Made by a program: the position numbers and the translations under genes. From the NCBI GenBank assembly GCA_964187785.1, contig OZ076409.1:55678001-55742000 (forward strand): 64,000 nt of DNA, in the 5' to 3' direction. A model generated the notes under the pieces. That model had not been told where the DNA came from. It did no database searches and worked only from the letters and a program-made list of their open reading frames with translations. Each line of letters starts with the position of its first letter. The stretch's first letter is position 1. Origin of the DNA: Amphiscolops sp. MND2022 (taxonomy: Eukaryota). Positions 13,976 to 26,672 of the stretch are shown here, in pieces.

Positions 13976-15850
13976 CAATGTCTCCAGGTCTGATGTCATG
14001 GTATAAATCACATGACAGAAAGAAAAGTTCTGCAGTCTCTTTTGCCACTACGACACATCAGAAATTGTGTCCGCCAAATTTTCCGAGCGTAATCGGCTAT
14101 AGCGAGAGAATTGCTAATCAATTTCCCCATATTTTGACAGCTTAATACCTTTGGAGGTTGAAAGGAACGATAGATTGATACAAGTTGATGGAGTTTTGGA
14201 GCAAAATTTCAGAAAAAACTTGTTGACAATTTTCTTCCACCTAAGGTTCCACAGATGGGTAATGAAAAGGCTGACATCTTGCTGTTCATATCTCGTACGT
14301 TTTTTGTTCTCAAAAGCCTTCCGAATCGTGTAACATGACTTTCGAGGAGGTTAGCAACACTGTCCGGAAAAGAAGAAGATGCATCAAGTATCCAATGTAG
14401 TAAACGTCTTCTAGTTTGAGCTTCAAGAGTAATTTGACGTTGATGGCTGTACTCAGAAGATCAAGAAGCGGCGTGCCCAGCAGAACCTGACATGAGTCAA
14501 TATTCGACTATAATCCGTGTCTAAAGACTGTCCTTATGAAATTATTCTGTACTGCTCTGACGTATTTGAGGTTTGTCTCAAGCCATATTGGTGCTGCATA
14601 GATACCTGAGGGTAAGAGATTGGTTTTGTACAACAGAACTAACGTTGAAACTGCAACGCTCTATTTTCTACTGCATAACGACTCAAATATATTCCAATTT
14701 AGCTTTGCTTTCTCAATTGTTAAAGTAGAATGATCCCGGTAGTTGAGCTTGCTATCAATAATTACTCCAAAAGACTTTCTTGATTTTGAATTTGACGTAT
14801 ATCACCATTGAGGGACGGGAGTTCAAAGTCGTTTTTTTGCAGTTGAAAAGGGTTAATCTAGTTTTTCCTCCGTTCACCAGCATTGTTCAATCTGCACACC
14901 ACTTCTCGATCTTGGACCAAGTTTTTTGAAGGATGGCAGATAACTCTGACGGATCTTTGCCAGTGACAATGACAGAACTATTGTCTACGAACTTGAATTT
15001 CTGCGCTTGATTACATAGGGAGTCGTATAGGAAGATGATGAAGAGCAATGGCAACCACGCTCTCACCTATGGAACGTCCTTTTATTGGAACTTCAGAGAT
15101 TGTTTTCTATTCAATTCGAAGAAAACGTCTATGGTTCTTACGAACGGTTTAATTATCCGATACATTTTGCCAGAAAAATTTTGTTCAAACAGATTTAAAA
15201 AGTCCGTCCATCCACACGCTATTGCAAGCCTTTTTGAGTTCAATGTTTGGTAGAGTGAACGTTTGACTATTTCGAGCATGAGCTGTAGTCTGTAGAGCGA
15301 TCGAGTGGTGTTTTTTTAAATCTGAAACCTTCCTGTTTGTCCCGAAGCGGTCCATTCACATCGCGATGTGATTCGATTTTAGTTGCAAGTATTCTTTCCA
15401 GCGTTTTGTTGATTTTCCTGGAGGTTGAGAGTGGTCGACATGAAGAGCTTTCGTCATATCCCTCTATGTTTGATTTGCGTATGAAGAGGACTCGTGACTC
15501 CGTCCATGGCCACACATGATATTCCCAGCAAGCATTGAAAATAGTAAGCAGAAAAAGTGCTTCAGAGCTCAGCTCATCTTCAAAGTGCTTCATCTTTATC
15601 ATCACATTCTTCAATTCGTCTTGGTTGTAAAAGATAATGTATAAGGTTCGTGACTTGAAACCCCCTGCAATTAGACGAAATTGCCATTAGAGCTAAACGA
15701 AAAGCCAACCAGCATGGCGGTGTAGCCATCTTGGCTAAGAACTCTTTCGCAGACAAAATGTTGACCAAGTCTTGCTTATGGATGATCTCAATCTTCCTGT
15801 TGAAGATTGGGCGTTTTTTCCGACCATCAATACTGAAAATCTCACGCACA
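13976..15850 (-). pseudogene. Degenerate LINE ORF2 reverse transcriptase
   Basis: SSCRPLSTSRKINKTLERIL...QEGFR; DVP*VRAWLPLLFIIF...FKFVDNS (decayed GVPQGS.L.PLLF and FADD motifs); GVIIDSKLNYRDH. Confidence 0.85.
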
Positions 15851-18800
15851 CTACGAATTTTTCAAAATTTAAAACTTTTACTCAATTAGTCACTGTAGCA
15901 ACTTGAAAGGATGTGAATGTCTTGGACCTGAACTTTAGCATATTCAATGAACCTGAGATTCTCTGTATCGAAAAGCATCTATCTTTTCTGATCACTGAAA
16001 GGTATCTCTAGGCCTTCCCAGAATCAAATCCACTTTGGCTATTAATACTGACAGCAGATCGTTCAGTCTCATTGCCTCTGACGTTCAAACACTGGACTTC
16101 GAATTTTCCAACTCGCTCTTCTCCTTCGATCAGCGACAATTGTCAAATAGTTCCATTGATGATTGGCTGAAATCCTTTGAAACATTTCTAAATAGATTTT
16201 TGAATCGTAAATGGAACAAGAAAAAGCTACTACCAAGTTATTTGAGTCCACATAACGTCCACATCTTCAATCGCCTACAAACTGAATTAAAACGACTGAA
16301 AAGCTCGGATCGTGTAATTTGGCTTGTCGTTTGCATCAATCTGATCGTACTTTAAACCAGCGAAACGTCCCATGGCTCGGCACATTTTGTTAATCTCAAA
16401 ACCTGTCATGCCACTCTTTCGTGAAATGACCCAATTACCGAAATTGGCTACTGGAGACACTTTTTGGCCAAACCTTCACCTTCAAAGGGAATGTTGATGT
16501 CATCAATCTCCGGCGTAAAGTCAAGGATTTGATTGTTGACCTCGTTGACATTGTCTAATTTGCTTGTCTGCGACGGTCAGCTTTTTCAGCGGTACCGAGT
16601 TGTTGCGCCACTCGTTAGCTGTTGGTCGTGCCAATTCTTTGGCTGCCGAGGACCGTTCTTTCTTGCCATACCTTTGCTTCTGTGGACTTTTGGATAGTGG
16701 TTCTTCATCGGTCTCGGACGAACTGCTGCTAGAATCTGAAGAGCTGGATAAGTGATGTTCACGCCGTTCCTGTGGTGTTGGATTGCAGGAAAGTGTTCTA
16801 GGTGCAGGATTTCTAACAAACTGCTTCTTGTGCACTGGCACTTGCGCGAACAACTCATGTGACTGTGTAATGGCAACCATTCCATTTTGAGTTACAACAG
16901 ACATCAATGTCAAATTGGCGAAGTTTGGTAACCTCCTTCCCAACTGCATTTTGGTTGTCCTGTAGAGTTACAGAAGAGACATTTCGCCTGAGCTAAATTC
17001 AATTTCTGTCGACCGTTTGGTGCTGTTTTGGAGAGAAGTGATTCTATGGGTTGGAAACAAGCCATTGAGTCGTTTGAAGTGTGGTCACGTTTTTGACTAC
17101 TGGTGACTTCTGAAATGACTCATATGAGTCATCATACCGTTACGTAATCATAGCAAGTCGCCTCAACTCCTTGTTGCCTCTCAGTCTAAGGGTTGATTTA
17201 TATGAATAATATAATGTTTCTTCCAAAAAAAGGAATATTAAACAATAGATGAATAAAAACGGAATCGAAATTTTTCCAATATCCCGTGTGGTAAGTTACA
17301 GAGGTCCCCATAAAATAACGGAGTGTTGAGATATGTATCATCCAAATGCAACGGTTTTCTTAACTCGTTGTTCCCCGTAAGTAGGAAAAAACCACTTGCC
17401 TTGAGGAGGTTTGTCAACTCCTACATACGGGAAATGAAACTATTGTATGGCACAACTATTGTATGACCGTCGCAGCCTATCATATCGGTGTTAAACGGTT
17501 TTGGCAATTTTGGCAAAGTTGGTTCGATAAATGGCTCCGATGGTAAGTAGCAAGGTTCAACTCTGTTTAAACTCAGTCGGGTAGGGCCGTTTTTGCATTG
17601 TATCAACACTCTTTTGTCATTGCGTTTCAGAACAGGAAAAGGACCACTGTAGGGTGATTCTAATGGACGCTTAGTACGATCTACTCGAAGCCAAACGTGA
17701 CTGCACTCCTGAAGGTCCCAAGGAACATATTTCTTGTAACCCGAATGGGGAGTCACTGAAGTTGTTGTAAACTGTAATAACAGCAAATGCGTGACCAGTT
17801 TAACAACGTAATCACGAGTGAATGTTTGTCGTAGTTTTCCTTTGAAAATAGTGGGAACAAAAGCATCAAATCCTGTTACCAGTTAAAAATGTGATATTCC
17901 CATGGCATTGAGTAGAATTTTTTGACTGAATAAAATGACCGGTAAGGCTAGAGTCCACGGTAAAGGTGAGGCTGCTAAAGAAACTTTTAAAGATCGGAGG
18001 TACCTTTCGATTTTCCCATTGGCTTGGGGGTGATAAAGTGTAGTACGAAAACGTGCAAAACCAAGCTTTTTTGATAATTCAGCGAACAAATCAGATTCGA
18101 ACTGGCGTATTTGATCGGTAGTAATGTAGCGTGGGACTCCGAATCGCAAAAACCAAGTAGATTTAAACGTTTCAGCAACGACTTCTGCAGTGATAGAGCT
18201 AATGGGAGTAGCTTGTATCCAGTTTCTGAATCGATCGATATAGGAAAGAAAACCTCTATTCGGGCAATTCGACACTGTAGGCAGAGGACCTACTATGTCC
18301 AAACGTAAATGCTGGAATCGGGCTGGATAACCTTCGGTTGTTGCAGGGGCGTTATTGTGTGTCGTAAAAATTTGCTCTTCTGACAGTGTGAACATTCCTT
18401 GCACCGATCCTTCACCGTCTGATCCAAATGCGGCCAGGTTAAACGTGCCGAAATCAGTTTATTAGTTGTTTTCCAGTTCGGATCATGTTGTGAAAGTTGA
18501 GGAACAAGTTTCTCCGCAACTCTGGTGGAACAATTGCGCGGGGAATGAGAGTGATATCAGAGAGTAATTTTATGTCTGGTGGAATAGTAACAATTTTCGT
18601 GCCCTGACTATACACCTGGCACATTTCCTCCTTAAATTCCTGTGTTTACGCTTCAGCAGTTGCCTGTAAATCACAAGAGTCACAAGTTACAGCAGATACA
18701 ATTTTCGGCTGTTGTACACGACACTCTCCTTCTTCGTGTCGCGATAGACAATCAGCTACCACATTGCTGTCACCAGCAATGTGAACAATGTCGTCAAGAA

Positions 18801-21249
18801 ATTCCCACAAGAACGAGCACTGCCCGGATTTTCGAGGGGAGTGGTCGGCTGTTTTTCGAAAGGACGCAGTGATGGGTTTGTGGTCAGTAAAAACGACACC
18901 GTATCTACCTTCAATAATTTGTCTAATTTTCTGTGTTGCGGCAAAAATTGCTGAACGTTTTTTTATCAAAGACAGAGTATTTGCGTTCTGCGACAGATAA
19001 TTTTTGTGAAAATAATGCTAGAAGTACGTTTGTCCCGTGTGTTCTGTTACCGTGTGAAACTCCGCCAATTGCTTTGTCAGAAGCATCTTTGGTGAGAGTG
19101 AGAATACCCTCTGGAGACAAATAATGTAACATGGTACGTTCAGAAAGTTTGTTCTTCACTAACGTGAAAGCTTCATCGTGTAAGGGTTCCCTACGCAGTG
19201 GTGAGTTGTGTGTCAGTAGTCAAATTTGAAGTACGGGATGGCTAACTATTGTTGAGTAAAATTTGGAGAAGTTCGACCATTTCTGCATAATGGGGAACAT
19301 GTTGTCGATGAAGAGAACATTCCCATCATACTTCGCAAAGTTTTGTAACTTGGGGGATGCAGCAATCGTTGAATAGCTTCCACTTTGTCCGCTTTGGGTT
19401 GTAGACCTTCAACAGTGATCAAAAATCCGAGGAATTCGATCTCACTTTTCATCCACTCACATTTTTTGTATAGATCAGCGCAGTCCGTATGGCTTCAGGC
19501 AATCCAAAAACGCTTCGACTTCTTTCAAGTGAGTCGTTATATCGTGTGATGCAATTAGGACGTCGTCCACGAAGATAAAACCCGTATCTAATCCTTGGAA
19601 GACTGTCTTCAAGAAGCATTGGAAAAACTTTTCTGCTTTTTGGAGACCGAATAGCATACGTAGAAATTCAAAAGGGCCAAACGATGTTGTTACAGCAGTT
19701 TTCTGTGCCATCGGGATGTCTTCTGGTATCTGATGATAGGCTTTTACTAGGTCCAACTTACTGAATGTTTTTTTGACATAAAAATTGAAATCCGATTGCT
19801 GTAGAAGTCACCTTTCAGTGAACGAATTTGATCGTCGGTAGTTTCCACAAGGCGTCCAATCGTTATGTTCCTTTTTAGGTGTCATATGCAATGGGTAGGC
19901 GTATTGGCTGCTTGATGGACAACATATCCCGGTTGCTATTATGGAATCGAACCAATTCTTGTCGATTCTATACTTCTCGGTGCACAAACGCGTCGGACTG
20001 CCATACGGGCTTTTACCTGTCAGTAAGATACGATTAGTGTTTGGTGTTGAGCTGTGCTGTTGATATCAACATCATCGAAAACCTCTGTGTTTTCGGTCAT
20101 TATGGATTTCAACTCGTCGTTTCCGATATCCGGTATTACAATCTTGACTTTGTTGACAGAGACATGGTTGCATTTTTTCAATTGAGTTGTAGTGTACAAC
20201 AATGTTGTGTTATCTTTGGGGCGGCCATTTTTGCAATCAATTGAGAAATCGTTGGTAGACAAGAAATTGACCCCAGAAATGTTACACGACACGTCAGCGA
20301 CGAAAAAGGTATGGCTGACGCACCGTCGTAATGAAGGCATTTCAATTGGTATGGTAACTTTTCCGTAAACTTTCAACGCGTCACCTTTGATGGTAGATAG
20401 AACTGCGTTGGAAGGCAGAATAGTAACTGAATGGATTAAATTGGGTTTAACAATGGACAGCATTGATCCGGTGTCTATAAAAAACTTTTGCTGACTGGAA
20501 TTGATAGAGGCAGCAATCTCAATGAATAAATCACCCCAGTGCAAGCTGCCACTACGCTAGGGATTCCTAGTTTGCTGCTGGATTGTTTGGGGTCCCTGGT
20601 CGCGGTGAAGCTTCAATCAACTGCGGTTTCTGACAAGGCCACTTACACCAAGGTATCCAGCGCTTGGCATTGTTTGCATAGAAGACGTGAAATCGGAAAT
20701 CGGTATTTGGCCCGCGCTAAAGGGAAACATCCCTCCCTTTTGCTGTCTGGAAATGGGTTGAAAGATTCCTTTCGGGGAGACAGAGCCATGTTCTGACCTA
20801 GGATAGGGTCTTACTGCTGCTACTTGGTAGTCGACCGTTGAATACTGGTATATCGTGTCTGCAAAATTAGCGAAATCGTCTAAGGCCAAATTCTGATGTG
20901 TGGAAAGGGCAACGCGTGTTGTTGGAGGTAACGCTTGTGAAAAATTGTGACGTAAAAATTTGTCATCGACGGTCAAATGGCGATCTTCTAGTTAGCGCTT
21001 TATGCGATGGAAACAGACTGACGGTTTTTGGCCGTCAAGGGCAGTTGAACTAAAGCCTCCTCCATTAATTCCTGTTGAATTTTTTGGTAGACTCGAGTGA
21101 TCTGCTCCTTTAGAGATTCGTAAGAACTAACGTCCAGTGGGCGGTTGATGGCAACGTCCTCCAGTAATGCGCCAATGACGTGGTTAAACTTTGTTTGGGA
21201 GCTGGTGATAATTGCTAGTGCAAATTGGGACTCGAGTTATCTGAACCAG

Positions 21250-21855
21250 GAAACGGAAACAGTTTGTAGAAAAGCAGTTTGTAGAATCCAGTTTGTAGAA
21301 AAGTGAGATCCAATTTGTAGAAATTTTTTCTACAAACTGGATTCTACAAACTGGTTTTCTACAAACTGGTTAGGTCCAGTACGTAGAATACCAGTTTGCA
21401 GTATTCTGGAATTGAAGAAAAACAATATGACCAAAAATGTAGGAATGGGCAAAGTATAAAACGTGCCTCGGATATGTCCCCAATTCTTCCAGTGCCCTGC
21501 GGCGCCTTGGGCCGCTTACGCTCCCATCTTGCTAAGCGAGGTCGAACAGGATCAAAGACTTAGCGGGAAAGGGGATTGCGAAGCGATCGTAGTGGTAGCT
21601 GGTCTTCGCGACGGTGAAGGCGGGCGTGCGTACACCGGATATGCCCCACATTTCACTTTTTAGATCTTATTCGCTTAGATCTAAGGCAGTGGACCTCTCA
21701 GGATCTTGTGTCAAGAATGCCCTGTTTGCAGAACTTAATGATCCAGTTTGTAGAACTTATTGATCCAGTCTGTAGGAAAAAATCTACAAACTGTAGCACC
21801 TAGAACCAGTTTGTAGAATTCTACAAATTAAAATTCTACAAACTGGACCTAATTC
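21250..21855. mobile_element. MITE arm-type A (ccagtttgtagaa arrays) with shared core, inserted in Gypsy gag
   Basis: Flanking direct repeat tgaaccag (21242-21249 / 21856-21863); removing the insert rejoins gag VWFR|*LESQF. Arms are made of ccagtttgtagaa/ttctacaaactgg; core at about 21461-21650. Confidence 0.9.
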
Positions 21856-22004
21856 TGAACCAGACTTGCGGGTTGCTTCTGTAGCGTGTTGGGGGATTGA
21901 TTGTTATTCTCCCCATTTGAGCATTGTTTGTGCCATCACTGCTGCCTTCGCTAGATAAATGATTATAAGCAGTGGTAGAGTCTTCCAATTGTGTTCGATC
22001 ATCC

Positions 22005-22022
22005 ATCACGTCGGGGTTACCA
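22005..22022 (-). promoter_or_regulatory. Primer-binding site complementary to tRNA-Trp
   Basis: Minus strand reads tggtaaccccgacgtgat, one mismatch from the canonical tRNA-Trp PBS TGGTGACCCCGACGTGAT, and lies at the gag start. Confidence 0.85.
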
Positions 22023-22038
22023 ATTCGTGGGGTCAAAT

Positions 22039-22356
22039 GGTATATGCCCAGTTTGCCGAAACCCAGTTTGCTAAAACTCAGTTTGCCGCAACCCAGTTTG
22101 CCGAAACCCAGTTTGCCGAAACCCAGTTTGCCGAAACCTAGTTTGCCGAAACCCAGTTTGCCGAAACCCAGTTTGCCGAAACCCAGTTTGCCGAAGCCCA
22201 GTTTGCCGAAACCCAGTTTGCCGAAACCCAGTTTGCGGAAACCCAATTTGCCTAATCCGAGGGACACTTTGCCGGATTTTTTTTCGGCAAACTGGGCAAG
22301 GTAGGGACAATTTGCCGAATTCGGCAAACTGGGTTTCGGCAAACTGTCCCATACTC
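22039..22356. mobile_element. Coreless MITE arm-type B with about 14 x 15-bp tandem array (cccagtttgccgaaa)
   Basis: TIR ggtatatgcccagtttgccg / cggcaaactgtcccatactc. 8-bp TSD ggtcaaat/tgtcaaat. Array spans 22047-22256. Confidence 0.88.
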
Positions 22357-22651
22357 TGTCAAATAACAAAAAACAACTGTTTCGTATGAAGGTTAAATTG
22401 ATAATGAACAAATGATAAGAGATAAGAAATCAACTCTATTTATACTAGATGATTGTCCCTAAGGGCAGGATTACGGGTTAGGGACAATTTGCCGGAAGAC
22501 AATTTGCCGAAACCCAATTTGGCGAACGTGAGGACAAATTGCCGAATTTTTTTCGGCAAATTGTCCCTTTGAAATTACCGAGTTTTGTAGAGACAATTTG
22601 CCGTATTCCTGCGTTTTCAAATATCAATGTTTTTGGCCGTCGGATATGCCC

Positions 22652-23152
22652 GGGGCACGGTAATAAGTTCGAACGCATAAGTTCGACTTTTAATTTCGAA
22701 TGAATTAAGTTCGAATTTTTCAAAAACCGGAACAAGTTCGAATCACAGCGTTCGAATTTTGAACTAAGTCTAAAGCGTGCCTCTGATATGTCCCCATTTC
22801 CTCTAGTGCCCTGCGGCGCCTTGGGCCGCTTACGCTCCCATCTTGCTAAGCGAGGTCGAACAGGAGCAAAGACTTAGCGGGAAAGGAGATCGGAAAGCGA
22901 TCGTAGTGGGAGCTGCTCTTTGCGACGGTGAGGGCGAGCGTGCATACACCGGATATGTCCCACACTTCAGTTTTTAGGTTCCTTTAGATCCTAGGCGGTG
23001 GAGCTCTCAGGATCTTGTGTGAAAGATGTCCAGGTTACACTGGATCTTCCGGATATGGAAATTGTAACTTTGTGTCTCGAAACTATTCCATTCGAATTTA
23101 TTGCACTAGTTCAAATTCGAACTTAGTAAAAACGAACTTATTGCCCGAAGCC
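22652..23152. mobile_element. Nested MITE arm-type C (aagttcgaa) with shared core
   Basis: TIR ggggcacggtaataagttcg / cgaacttattgcccgaagcc. TSD atatgccc/atgtgccc; the duplicate carries exact atatgccc at 25012-25019. Confidence 0.85.
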
Positions 23153-23209
23153 ATGTGCCCCCGTTTCCTCTAGTGCTCGCGGCCCCTTGGGGCCGCCTAT
23201 GTTCTTATC

Positions 23210-23718
23210 GGGTGGGCGGAAATAGGTCGTAATAACGCGATTGAAAAAAGAGTAAGTCTTCGGGTCGACATACCAATTGTTCGAAGGGGATGGAAACAAC
23301 TCGGATCGAAATATTGATTTTTGGGAAACAAATTGAATTGCCGCAGAAATAAATTTCTAGAAAAATATAAAACGTGTCTCGGATATGTCCCCATTTCCTC
23401 CAGTACCCCGCGGTCCCTTGCGACCGCCTGTGTTCCCATCTTGCTAAGCGAGGTCGAACAGGAGCAAAGACCTAGCGGGATTGGAGGTAGCGAAGCGATC
23501 GTTGTGGGAGCTGGTCTTTGCGACGGTGAGGGTGAGCGTGCAAACACAGCATATGCCCCACATTGTGATAGTCAATCGACTTGAGGCAAACAAAAAACGT
23601 TTTCGACTAAAAGGCTTCGATCAAATTCGACCACATTCCATTCGATCCCTGCAAGTTGATCAAATGATTCGACCTCTGTCCTTTTGACCAGAAAAATTTG
23701 ACCTATTTACAGCCACCC
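23210..23718. mobile_element. Nested MITE arm-type D (aataggtcg/ttcgacc) with shared core
   Basis: TIR gggtgggcggaaataggtc / gacctatttacagccaccc. 9-bp TSD, exact gttcccatc in the duplicate (25060-25068 / 25937-25945). Confidence 0.88.
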
Positions 23719-24024
23719 GTTCCCATTTTGCTAAGCGACGTCGAACAGGAGCAACGACCTAGCGGGAACGCAGATCGCGAAGCAACCGTAGTGGGAGCTG
23801 GTCTTTGCGACGGTGAGGGCGAGCTTGCATACACCGTATATGACCCCATATTAAGTGAGGGGAAGTACCTAATCTATTTCAAACGCTTCGCAGGAGCAAA
23901 AACCGGATACGGGACATTTTGCCGAAACACAATTTGCGGAACGTGAAGGACAATTTGCCGAAAATTATTCGGCAAATTGTCCCTGAGTCAATTTTCAGCA
24001 AATTGTCCCGTATCCCGGGATTAC

Positions 24025-24321
24025 ATTCTAAATCCTTCGGACTGAGAGAAGCCGTAGCAATTTTTTTTCAGGAATTGTCAGATCGTGAACAAGGTTAATA
24101 ATTGCTTTGACATTGGTAACGGAACGGGTCTCAAAGACAGACTTCTCTGCGATATGTGGAGACACTTCGATAACCAGTTCGACGAAGACAACTCTTGTAC
24201 ATGGTTAAGGGTGTGCGACTGTGGACAATGTAGAAACATGGGACAAAGGTGTTAGAAAGAATTTGGGAGCCATCCCATCAGTGAATAGCTGAAAATCCAC
24301 ATCAACAACAACAACAACAAA
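24025..24321 (+). mobile_element. 3' end of a LINE with (CAA)n tail (duplicate about 26237-26533)
   Basis: Encodes HFDNQFDEDNSCTWLRVCDCGQCR, resembling the Cys-rich ORF2 C-terminus of CR1/L2-group LINEs, followed by a short UTR and a (caa)n tail. Confidence 0.6.
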
Positions 24322-24460
24322 CGGTACCATTAAACCATTCCTTTCGGACGTAATCGTTCCTTTTGGACGGTAACCGTTCCTTGTGGCCGTTCCTTTTGGA
24401 CGGTACTTTTCCTTTTGGACGGTGACCATTCCTTTAGGACCGTTCCACTGCTTATGGGGA

Positions 24461-25011
24461 GGTATGGAACCAGTTGGTAAAAAACCAGTTTGTAGAATCC
24501 AGTTTGTAGAAAAATGATGCCCAGTTTGTAGATTTTTTTTTCTACAAACTGGATTCTACAAACTGGTTAGGACCAGTTTGTAGAATACCAGTTTGTAGAA
24601 ATCTGGAATTGAAAAAAAACAATAAGACCAATATTGAAAAAATGATGCAAAGTACAAAACGTGCCTCGGATATGTCTCCCCTTGGACCGCTTATGTTCTT
24701 ATCTTGCTAAGCGAGTTCGAACAGGAGCAAAGATCTAGCGGGATAGGAGATCGCAAAGCGATCGTAGTGGGAGCTGGTCTTTGCGACGCTGAGGGCGAGC
24801 GTGCATACACCGGATATGTCCCACATTTCAGTTTTTAGATTCCTTTAGATCCTAGGCGGTGGAGCTCTCATGATCTTGTGTGAAAGATGTCGTTTACACC
24901 GGATCTTACGGATATGAAAATTGTTACTTTGTGTCTCTATACTATTCCGTTCGAACTTGTTGCACTAGTTCAAATTCGAACTTAGTAAAAACGAACTTAT
25001 TGTCCGAAGCC
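24461..25011. mobile_element. Chimeric MITE: type A left arm + core + type C right arm
   Basis: The left arm and first core half match 26673-26930 (same core deletion, gagttcgaac, gatcgcaaagcgatc). The second half and right arm match 22941-23152. Confidence 0.85.
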
Positions 25012-25068
25012 ATATGCCCCCGTTTCCTCTAGTGATCGCGGCCCTTTGGGGCCGCTTATGTTCCCATC

Positions 25069-25936
25069 GGGTGGGCGGAAATAGGTCGTAGTAACGCGAT
25101 CGAAAATCAGAGTAAGTCTTTGGGTCGACATACCAAATTTTTGAAAGGGATCGAAACAACTCGGATCGAAATATTGATTGTTGGGAAACAAATCGAATTG
25201 CCGAGGATAGAATTTTCTAGGAAAGTATGAAACGTGTCTCGGGTATGTCCCCATTTCCTCCAGTACCCCGCGGCCCCTTGCGACCACTATGTTCCCATCT
25301 TGCTAAGCGAGGTCGAACAGGAGCAAAGACCTAGCGGAAACGGAGATCGGGAAGCGATCGTAGTGGGAGCTGGTCTTTGCGACGGTGAGGGTGAGCGCGC
25401 ATACACAGCATATGCCCTACATTAAGATAGTCAATCGACTTGAGGCAAACAAAGAACGGGTGGGCAGAAATAGGTCGAAGGAACGGGATCGAAAATCAGA
25501 GTTAGTCCTCAGGTCGACAATACCAAATTTTTGAATGGGATCGAAACAACTCGGATCGAAATTTTTATAACGTAGTCAGATATGTTCACATACCCCTAGT
25601 GCCCTGAATGCAGGAGCGAAGCGAAGCGGAGCGACGTGCCATATGGCCATGCCTCAATGTTGCTACTTGGCGAAGGGAGCGAAGCGACCGAGCCATACAA
25701 CAAATACGATAAAATTCGACCGCATTCCATTCGATCCCTGTAATTCGATCAAAAGGTTCGACCTCAGTCCTTTCGACCAGAAAAATTCGACCTATTTACA
25801 GCCACCCACAAAGAACGTTTTCGACCCGAAGGCTTCGATCAAATTCGACCACATTCCACTCGATCCCTGCAACTCGATCAAATGGTTCGACCTCTGTCCT
25901 TTCGACCAGAAAAATTCTACCTATTTACAGCCACCC
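25069..25936. mobile_element. Type D MITE (duplicate) containing a further nested type D element at 25458-25807
   Basis: Outer TSD gttcccatc. Inner TSD acaaagaac (25449-25457 / 25808-25816). The empty site is present in the paralogous copy at about 23589-23600. Confidence 0.9.
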
Positions 25937-26672
25937 GTTCCCATCTTGCCAAGGGAACAGGAGCAACGACCTAGCGGGAACGCAGATCGCGAAGCAACCG
26001 TAGTGGGAGCTGGTCCTTGCGACGGTGAGGGCGAGCTTGCATACACCGTATATGACCTCATATTAAGTGAGGGGAAGTACCTAATCTATTTCAAACGCTT
26101 CGCAGGAGCAAAAACCGGATACGGGACATTTTGCCGAAACACAATTTGCGGAACGTGAAGGACAATTTGCCGGAAATTATTCGGCAAATTGTCCCTGAGT
26201 CAATTTTCAGCAAATTGTCCCGCATCCCGGGATTACATTCTAAATCCTTCGGACTGAGAGAAGCCGTAGCAATTTTTTTTCAGGAATTGTCAGATCGTGA
26301 ACAAGGTTAATAATTGCTTTGACATTGGTAACGGAACGGGTCTCAAAGACAGACTTCTCTGCGATATGTGGAGACACTTCGATAACCAGTTCGACGAAGA
26401 CAACTCTTGTACATGGTTAAGGGTGTGCGACTGTGGACAATGTAGAAACATGGGACAAAGGTGTTAGAAAGAATTTGGGAGCCATCCCATCAGTGAATAG
26501 CTGAAAATCCACATCAACAACAACAACAACAAACGGTACCATTAAACCATTCCTTTCGGACGTAATCGTTCCTTTTGGACGGTAACCGTTCCTTGTGGCC
26601 GTTCCTTTTGGACGGTACTTTTCCTTTTGGACGGTGACCATTCCTTTAGGACCGTTCCACTGCTTATGGGGA

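Larger units (their letters stand above)
17300..22470 (-). mobile_element. Degenerate near-full-length Ty3/Gypsy element (gag-PR-RT-RH-IN), interrupted by MITEs
   Basis: gag: MDDRTQ...NPQVWFR|*LESQFALAIITSSQTKFNHVIGAL. PR: FFIDTGSMLSIV. RT: DLVKAYHQIP...FIFVDDVLIAS. RH: KDASDKAIGGV...FTDHKPI. IN: LDIVGPLP...TTDQ...YHPQANGKIER plus the GPY/F module PYSGPFPV. Purine-rich ggggacctc followed by TGTAAC at 17300. Confidence 0.92.
22475..24016. mobile_element. MITE arm-type B (ggacaatttgccgaa) carrying nested type C and type D MITEs
   Basis: TIR gggttagggacaattt / aaattgtcccgtatccc. TSD aggattac (22467-22474) / gggattac (24017-24024). Its own core is split into three pieces by two nested insertions. 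Confidence 0.88.

Noticed and set aside
13616..14145. ORFs spanning the N run
   Set aside because: Artefacts of the 200-N gap.
15870..17100. Plus-strand LINE-like fragment (16035-16355) and Ser-rich minus ORF (16521-16949) as genes
   Set aside because: Probably TE debris (inter-domain ORF2 / ORF1-like) with no diagnostic motif.
17105..17300. LTR pair for the minus-strand Gypsy element (17105-17300 vs 22025-22470)
   Set aside because: The two segments do not align by eye; the LTRs are probably truncated, so no pair is called.
21836..22411. ORFs with (PSLPK)n / (KLGFG)n / (QTGFR)n repeats
   Set aside because: Translations of a stop-free 15-bp MITE arm minisatellite, open in several frames on both strands.
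25232..25422. Hammerhead or HDV-like ribozyme in the core
   Set aside because: No CUGANGA/GAAA core on either strand, and I could not build a consistent HDV P1-P4 fold. An Infernal search would be decisive.
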